NCBI RefSeq assembly: GCF_001447785.1
Contig: NW_015176494.1
Coordinates: 376,794-440,793 of the forward strand
Length of the DNA: 64,000 nt
Direction of reading: 5' to 3'
From: Gekko japonicus
Taxonomy: Eukaryota
Position numbers and translations under genes: made by a program
Shown: in pieces, positions 55,633-64,000 of the stretch
Numbering within the stretch: position 1 is the stretch's first letter
How the letters are laid out: every line of letters begins with the position of its first letter
Notes under the pieces: model-generated
Told to the model about the DNA's origin: nothing
The model's database searches: none
Seen by the model: the letters and a program-made list of their open reading frames with translations, nothing else

Positions 55633-56773
55633 CTAGTCATGAGCCACCCAAGATGCATGGAGATTGCATCCCTGTCTGCACTGAAAGACAAACTGGGCAA
55701 GTTGAACAGGGCTTAAGTGACCTATCTTGATGCAGACCTACATCTGCATCTCCGGTGTGCCCAGCGGTAGCCGCCTTCCGCACATGCATCTCCTTTAGGA
55801 AGAGCAGGACATCCGATTGCCTTGATTGCAGATCCTACCCAAACTGCTACTGAAAGGCAGGCCACAAATCAGCATTTGCCACTTCCAGGTTTCACGTGCT
55901 TAACATGGTTGTGATTGTAGATTTGAACTCAGGAATAGACAAGAACTTTAGTGAAAGATCCTGCCCTCGGCCGTCTGCCCAAGGTGGCCACCATGTTTTC
56001 CCTGTTGCAAGCAAAGCTTTTCCCAACATAGAGACACAATGGTGGCAAAAACACTGACTGTTATTTCCTCTTTGCCATGCAATGGCATGGAAGCCTTACT
56101 GGAGAAATGAAGAACTCTACATCTACTTGTTTCTCCTGATCCTGACAACTGACACATGGGCTGCAACTGTTCCTGAGCACTTGATCCTTTACCCTGCCCC
56201 ATCCTGGGACAAGTGGCTTGGGCTAGATCAGGCCTGCCCAGCCTGTGACCCAACACTCCCTCTAAGGAGTGGAGTCTTGTGAGCAAAAATTCTACTTTGT
56301 GAGCTGCTGGCATTAAAGTTGTGAGCAAGCGATTTGGCGTAATTTAGCTTGCTCTGGAGGCCATCCTTCCTGAGCTAAGACAAAAATCTGTGAGCCAGAG
56401 GCTAAAAAACGGTGAGCTAGCTCACATTAACTCACCTTAGAGGGAACACTGCCTGTGACCCAACAAACCAAAGGCAGGCCACATACAATATATTGTGGCC
56501 TGCCAGATGCTTGGTGCCTCCTTCTTTTAGCAGTGGTGGGTGCACAAGCTGGGACATCTAGTTCCTGACAGACCACCGTACATGGCTGGTAGGCTGTTTA
56601 GCTGGGGAGGGGGTCACAGTTGTGCAACTTTGGGCTAAGCAGTCCATGGGGATCCCTTCATGGTTCCCTTCCTTAATATCCCTCTGGACAGCCTCCAGGG
56701 GGTTCCCTTCCGAGGCCTTCAACCATGCACTCTCATTAATTCGGGTTATCCCTAACTACCGCTGGGCCCTTCA

Positions 56774-57007
<234 letters not shown>

Positions 57008-57129
57008 TTAAAGGGCTACAAACTTGCTTTTTAGATTTTCAGGTTGATAATTTTTGTGCCTTGCTCAAAAATATTTATATTTTCATGGAATCATGAAGGG
57101 TGCTTCCACATTAGCTATTTCAAATCCCC

Positions 57130-57222
57130 ATCATTCATTCATTCATTCATTCATTCATTCATGCATGCATGCATGCATGCATGCATTCATTCATGCTTGC
57201 ATGCATTAATTCATTCATTCAG
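57130..57222. repeat. Compound microsatellite (CATT)n/(CATG)n
   Basis: Directly visible. Confidence 0.9.
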
Positions 57223-58656
57223 TCAGTTTTAATGGAGAATCCAGATGATACTGCTAGCAAACCAATGCACTCAAATTCTTCTGTGTTGTCTTCCCATCTT
57301 TTTTAAAGATCTGGTTTTTGGTAATTTAAAAAACCACCCTTAAAACAAAATTGGTGCTATTGCGGGTTTCTCAGAGGTCTTGTCCTTTTAAATTTTCTCC
57401 TGTTCTTCTGCTTTGAACATAGTTCATTAATTGCCAGTTATTGTTTGGAGGTGGGAAAATTAAGTCCTGCTTTGCACTCTGCAACCATTATGTGTTTTAC
57501 AATCATAATTTTGTTATCACACTTTTACAATAATAGAAAGACCTTACAGAAGGCAACTGCTGCAAAGGGGGGGGAAAGCAATACTTAAGTCACCCTCACC
57601 CACCCAAACAAGTACTGATAAGTAACTGTTGTATCACATATACTGAATCTTTAGGAAATATTTAATTAAGCTGTAAAGAAAGAAAAGGAACATTGCATGG
57701 AGAAGTGGAACCTTGCCATACTGGATTTATTTCTGAGTAAATATATTGAATGGACTTGCCCATGGGGATGGCTTTTGCTGGATTTTTATTAGGAATATAG
57801 AGTGGTATTAACAGTACCATTCTAAGCAGAGTTACACCCTTCAATGGAGGTAGAAGAAATTGCTTAGGGTGGCACATTCCCTGTGGAATCCCACTTGTAA
57901 TTCTGCTTGCAACTGCCGGCTGAGCACTGCAGAAGTATAGTCTGGAAGCAGCTACAGTGTCCTATATGCTAGGCTCCAGCAGGGAGTTCTTATCCCAGAA
58001 ACCAGGTTCTTGTTCTGTTTCCTATGCATTTGAATGTGGCTTGCACAAGACAACTGTCTGGCAGATTGTATTCTTTTGGTCTTTTTCAAAGCACACCCTT
58101 CCAGCTGCTGCTTTAGTACCTGATTTGGCATCACTGTGCACAGCTAGAAATACAGGCAGCATCAGGTATACAGGCAGTTTCCAGGACAGGACAGGCAGTA
58201 TACAATATACTGCACATATACTGAATTAGTGCCACAGGCACAGAACTAGAATTCAACCAAATTAAAAATCTTAGCTTTCATTTAAGGGGGGGGAAAGGAA
58301 CTGTTCATTCCTTAAGATCCATGATTGATGAAATCTCAGAAGCTTCTGAGATTTTGGGTCCCATGCAGCATGGTCACTAGACAGAACTTTTGGCTGTTCT
58401 CCTCGTGGTCCTTTCCTCCATCCCCATCATCACTAACATAAACAGATTAGATTAGGAAAATCAAGTAAACTGAATAAAACCTTGCTTTCTGTGGAGAATA
58501 ATATGGACAGAAACACTGCTCACATTGTCTCCAACGCTGCCCAGACATGTTTATAACACCCCTGATTTTGATTGTGAGGACTGCTACCCAAACTCTCCCC
58601 CAGTCCTCATTCAATGAGAGACCAAGTTCTGTCTGTTGCAGGCTCCAGTCACTTAC

Positions 58657-58775
58657 TCTGAAAGAGTCTGTTCTGTTTTAAATAACTGAAGAGCTGCCTA
58701 GACACCCCCCAGCATGGGGCTCCAAATGAAGTTTCCCTTTGCTCCACCCTCACCCTGTTGGAAGTGAAGGACTTT
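58657..58775 (-). promoter_or_regulatory. Candidate BTK promoter / non-coding exon 1
   Basis: Minus strand gggtgagggtgg (GT box), then aaagggaaac (PU.1-like), then a consensus aga|gtaagt donor at 58656. Confidence 0.35.
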
Positions 58776-61246
58776 GCACTGTCTCTTTAGTCTCAGACTT
58801 CAGAGGGAGACTATGTAGAGAGTCAGAGAGATAGGCCAGGACCCTAATCATCCTTTCCTTTCTACTGCCCTGGCGCTATTCCTTTGATGTGCCGACTGCT
58901 GCTCTCAGGGAATCTCCCTTCCAGCCTGACACCTTCTCTCCACACGATGCTACTCTTCTCCATCTCTATCCATCTTAGCTAGTTAGACTAGATTAGAATC
59001 CTGTTTCTATCCTGCCTAGAATGGACTCATAGTAGCTTTTGCAAAGATAAAGAGGATCCGTCTGTAACTTTGTTTCTTGACTGCACACACAAACCAGATA
59101 GGCCCTGCTGCGTTATGTGCCTTGAGCACTCTGCTAACCCAATAATCCTTCACACCCAACCCTCGAATCCAATGAAAACAAACGATATGGCTTGCCAAAT
59201 AGACTAGTTGTTGGTTTCCACTATGCTGTTCCTCAGATTTATATGCAGTCTTTCTCCCAAGCAGTTTAGGACACTATACGTGGCTCCTACATTACCGCCA
59301 CAACAACCCTGTCAGGTAGAGTTATGCTTTTTTCTTTCCCTCAGTAAACAGACTTGCCAACTCTGAGTTGGGAAATGCCTGGAGATTTTGGGGGCGGAGC
59401 CTGGAGAGGGAGGGGCAGGACATCAATGGTGTATAATACCTTAAAGTCCACCATCCAAAGCAGCCATTTTCTCCAAGGGAACTTATCTCTGTTGCCTGGA
59501 TATCAGTTCTAATTCTCAGAGATCTCCAGATCCCACCTGGAGGCTGGCAACCCTGTCAATAAATGGGGACTGAACTTACAGATGCACACTCACAACATTT
59601 TGTCTGGGTCCCCAGAGCAACTGGTGCCCACAGAACGATGTCCATCGACTTCCGCTTCCCTCCACATAGCATCCTTGAATGCCAAGAAGGTAAAGATATG
59701 CTACAGCAGTGTTCACTCTAAGCTGTGCATGCGAGTGGCCATTCATTAACACAGGAAGCCCCGCTCAGCAGCAATCGGGAGCCATGCAGGGTCTTGCACT
59801 GTCCACTTTAAGATTACAGCAGTTCTATTCTGCTCAGGATGTGAACTGCTCCAGTCAGTAGGGGGCGGAAATAGCAGGAACATTGTGTTACGGTAGTATA
59901 ATTGTTCTACTGCAGTTATCAGCAGCTAAAAAGAGCCCCACTAGCCAGTGAAACCATAGATTGTACACTACATAGCACCTTAATGTCCATGCATGTGTGA
60001 TAGGGACAAGATGCTACACTCACACCCACACTCCCCCAATTCAGTTCCAGAGGCCCTGGTCATGAGTTATTAGACTGGATTTTGTAGACAATGAAGTGCA
60101 GGAGCTCATTAGCATAACTTATTAGCATAACTTATTTGCATATGCCACACTCCCTGACATCACCGGAAGTGTGTCAGAAGGCAACACCCACTGCTCAGGC
60201 TCCACTGGACTGTTTTGGATTGCTAGCTATGGGGGGGGGGAACGTGCAGATCTGCCCTCACAGAGGAGGGAGAGCTTGTACCTGAATAAAACTTGGTCTT
60301 AAAGGTGCCACTGGACTGTTTTGGATTGCTAGCTATGGGGGGGGACACACGCAGATCTGTCCTCACAGAGGAGAGAGAGCTTGTACCTGAAGGCGGGCCG
60401 GGGGGCGGCGGCTCTGCAACTTACCTGGCTGCTTCTTGCTCCTTGTGGCCCAACTGAGGGCTGCTGGGAGCAGGGGGCGGAGCTTGTTGCATGTGCCTGC
60501 CCCTTGGGCTCCTTACTGCCGGAGCTCCGCTCCTGTGCACTCCCGCAGGAAATGACCCCTGGACTGGACCCCAAGGGACAGAAATTCTCACGGATGTTTT
60601 CCAAAAGCATTTGTCTCTCCAAAACAGGGGCAATGATTTAGCAAGGACAGGTCCCAGAAAATGGGACTGTCTTTGGTAAATAGGGGCAAGTTGGACCCTC
60701 TGTACTTGAACGATCACAGGAGCGTGGCCCAGGCATTCTTGCCATTTTTTTTAGTTTGCGACAGGGTCCAGTTTTGATTTCCAGCACCCTTTGCTACATT
60801 GAAAAGATTACAGAGCACTCATCTCAGAAGGCGCACTGTCAACTAGCACCCCTAAAACACTGGTGCCTCCAGCAGCCACTTGAATTGCTTGTACATTTGG
60901 GCTGGGTATGGTTTTGAGCAAGTTGTACTCAAGAAAGGATCTCAGATGCCTGGAAATTGCAGCACCTTATCTCTTTAGGTTTTGATACAGCTCTTAATCA
61001 CGAAAGAACGTGAGATAAGATGAAAGCCTATGTGCAGAGTCACAAAAACTGATTAAAATCAGGCACGATACTGATTAAAATTCACAGCCGGAGGGGGGAA
61101 GACCTTCATTAAGGCTCACCAGCATTGCCAATGCAATAGGTAAGTTTTGGAGCTGGACAGAACGCTTCCTCAGGCTGGGTGCCCAAGAAACCCTTTCTCG
61201 GAGTTTGGGCATTTTTAAGCAAATTGCAGCGTTTTAAGCCTTCTTT

Positions 61247-61598
61247 CTGGAGCTGCGGTGGCTCAAGTGGTTAAGACACTGAACTGCAGGCTGTGGAAGG
61301 TCGGAAGTTCAGCAGTTCGAGACCTGAGTGTGCCGCATGACGGAGTGAGCTCCCGTCTCTAGTTCCAGCTCCTGCCAACTTAGCAGTTCGAAAGCAAGAA
61401 ATTGCAAGTAGATAAATAGGTACCACTTCGGTGGGAAGGTAACAGCGTTCTGTGCATCTTGGTGTTTAGTCATGCCAGCCACATGACCACGGTAACATCT
61501 TCGGACAGCGCTGGCTCTTCGGCTTTGAAACGGAGATGAGCACCGCAACCCTAGAGTCGGATTCGACTGGCTTTCGAGCAAGGGAACCTTTACCTTTA
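61247..61598 (+). mobile_element. Full-length Sauria SINE
   Basis: ggagctgcggtggctcaagtggttaag head, acctttaccttta tail, tttaagccttcttt TSD. Confidence 0.85.
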
Positions 61599-64000
61599 CT
61601 TTAAGCCTTCTTTAACTTTGTTTACAAATTCAGTCTTGGATGGCTGGGAGGAAGTTCGTGCTGATCCATCAAAGCCGTGCCGTGTGGTAAACCTCAACTT
61701 CTACACTGGCATTTTGGGAAGGTACGAAGAAGCAACAGGTCTGCTTTTAAATATATATATGCTGGCTATTGGACATGACTGTATCTCTTGTGTATGCTTC
61801 ATTTTTAAAGAATGTACCCAGCTACATGGGATAATACGTCTGAGGCTTTGCTACACCCCCCCCCCCCAGGGGTCGAAGGTATACAACACACACGCACTGT
61901 TTATTAGTCGGAGGCTTTGCTCCCCCCCCCCCCCCCCAGGAGTCGAAGGATTACATACCCACACGCACTGTGCACTCTCTCGCCTTTGGACAACTTCATA
62001 TGGCACACTATGCAAGTATTTCTTAGAACAGAGCTAGAATCATGCACAAGCTAAATAAACTGCAGTGTAGAGCCACAGATGATGAGGGGGGCCCTAGATA
62101 CAAAAATAAACAGAACTAAAAATGACTGAATTATCTTGGAGGGGGATAATGCTACAAAGCCTCTTAAATTTGACATTGTTTAGGGCCTCAGCATGTCTTA
62201 ACCTAGCCCTGGCCCAGATTTTGACACAATGTGTGAATAGAACAGTAGTTAGCGATCTGAATAGGCCAGGGACATGCCCTGGGGAAAAGACAGAGAGAGA
62301 GAACGAATTCTGGCCTCCATCATGGAAGGGCTGCATGGATTTCTGGTTCCTGAGCTACTGGCACCCTAGCCTTGAATGCCATTTTCCTTTGGATACCACA
62401 CATGTGCTCACGAAGGGTTACCATATTTTGAAAAGCAAAAAAGAGGACATATTTCCCGCCTATTTCGAACAAGTGATCACCATGACAAATCTCATTTTAA
62501 AAAACCCTACTATTTAAGCTGTGATAATCACTACTAACCAGGAATATTCCTAACCTTCCAACCCCAAAAGAGGACATTTTCCTCTGTTTTTTAAAAAGAG
62601 CCCCAAAGAAGACATCAAAAAACGAGGCCACGTCCTGTAAAAAGAGAACATCTGTGTATCTGTGCTCTAGTGTTGCCAACCTCCAGGTGGGGCCTGGAGA
62701 GTTCCCAGAATCACAACTGATCTTCAGACTAGAGATAAGTTCCCCCTGGAGAAAATGGCTACGTTGTCAAGTAGACTCGATGGCATACTACCCTGCTAAG
62801 ATCCCTCCCCTCCTCAGACCCTGCCCTCTACAGATGCCACTTCCAAACTTCCAGGAATTTCACTCCCGAGTTGGCAAGCCTACTGTGCACATACATAAGA
62901 CGAAAGAAACATGACTTGGATGCCATCAGGTGCTTAGGCCAAGTCAACGGATTTCGAGGGTAGAAGCTCAAAGTAGCAGGCCAGCCTGGCAGACAATTAA
63001 ATTGAATAACTCTGATCTAGCCCCTACGAGCACGCTCACATCCAAGAACTCAGTGTTCAGGAATCACCAGTCGTGTCCACAACACAGCTGCACAATCTCC
63101 ACTTTTATCACCATCATCTTCCCTTCCGCACCCAACAGATTTCCCCCCCCCTTCTTTATGGCCCTGTTCATCTTTGGCTGGCCTAAAACAAAAGACTCAC
63201 TGGTCAGGTGGTCGTCACTCCTTTGCTGCACCCAGGCGCACCCAGGCCCTGTGGCTGGCTTCCCTCACAGGCGATGACTTCCCAGATGCATGCAGACTTT
63301 GGAACAACCTGCACATGGATTGCTGGTTCCTGAGTGTTTCAACGGTTGACAGCGGCGGCGGCGGCAGAAGACGCGGTGCAAGAGCTGTGCTGAACTGCAG
63401 GGAAGACGGTCACCCGGAGCTAACCCCACCCTTTCAGTTCCCCTTTTTTCAGTTTCTGGCCAAACGTCTTTGGTTTCCTTTCTGCCATGAAGCCACCTGC
63501 ACTTCTGGTACAAGAAAGAGGCTCCTAAATGCAGTACAGGGCTGTAAGGGACAGTAGGTGTGTGTCTGCAGCGAAAGCAGAGAAGGGGAAGGGGTTGGGG
63601 GCCCAGAACTGACTGTATGGGCAGACAGAGAAGCAGCAGGACAAACAGGCAACAGAAATAGATGCCAAGTAAGTACACAACCCTTTTGGGGGTACCATCT
63701 TAGTCAGTGTAAGGATTGCACAGGATTCTTCTTCTTGCCAGTTTGGATGGGCAAAGTGACCTGTGAGAGATAGAAGCTTACTGATTTCTGCCCCAGCTAG
63801 GGTTGCCAGCTCTGGGTTGGGAATACCTGGAGATTTGGGGGGTGGAGCCTGGGGAGGGCGGGGTTTGGGGAGGGGAGGGACCTCAGCAGGGTACAGTGCC
63901 ATAGAATCCACCTTCCAACATGGCTGTTTTCTCCAGGTGAACCGATCTGTGTCATCTGGAGATCAGTTGTAATAGCAGATCTCCAGCCACCACCTGGAGG

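Overview
Vertebrate genomic DNA with N gaps, most likely a squamate reptile. Sauria SINEs, 5S- and tRNA-derived SINEs, RTE, CR1 and hAT MITEs are present; gecko is an inference from the repeat mix. The window is syntenic with human Xq22 (TAF7L-TIMM8A-BTK). In order it holds: the first three coding exons of intron-containing TAF7/TAF7L (minus); a NIPA2-like Mg2+ transporter paralog (plus); an intact two-exon TIMM8A (minus, 97 aa); and nearly all of BTK (minus, 17 of 18 coding exons visible, exon 10 probably in an N gap). Two of the four genes appear broken. BTK exon 4 has a 5-nt deletion and a GT>AT donor mutation, and BTK exon 18 has a 4-nt duplication causing a frameshift and premature stop. 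The NIPA2-like gene lacks the two internal exons expected from NIPA2 (57+91 nt), so direct splicing gives a stop after three codons. This suggests a recently pseudogenised BTK or a degenerating (W/Y-like or duplicate) haplotype, but assembly error must be excluded. Smaller items: hammerhead-ribozyme motifs in Penelope-like repeat ends, a tandem array of palindromes in a probable Helitron, and nested MITEs with clear target-site duplications. Human exon sizes and residue numbers are quoted from memory.
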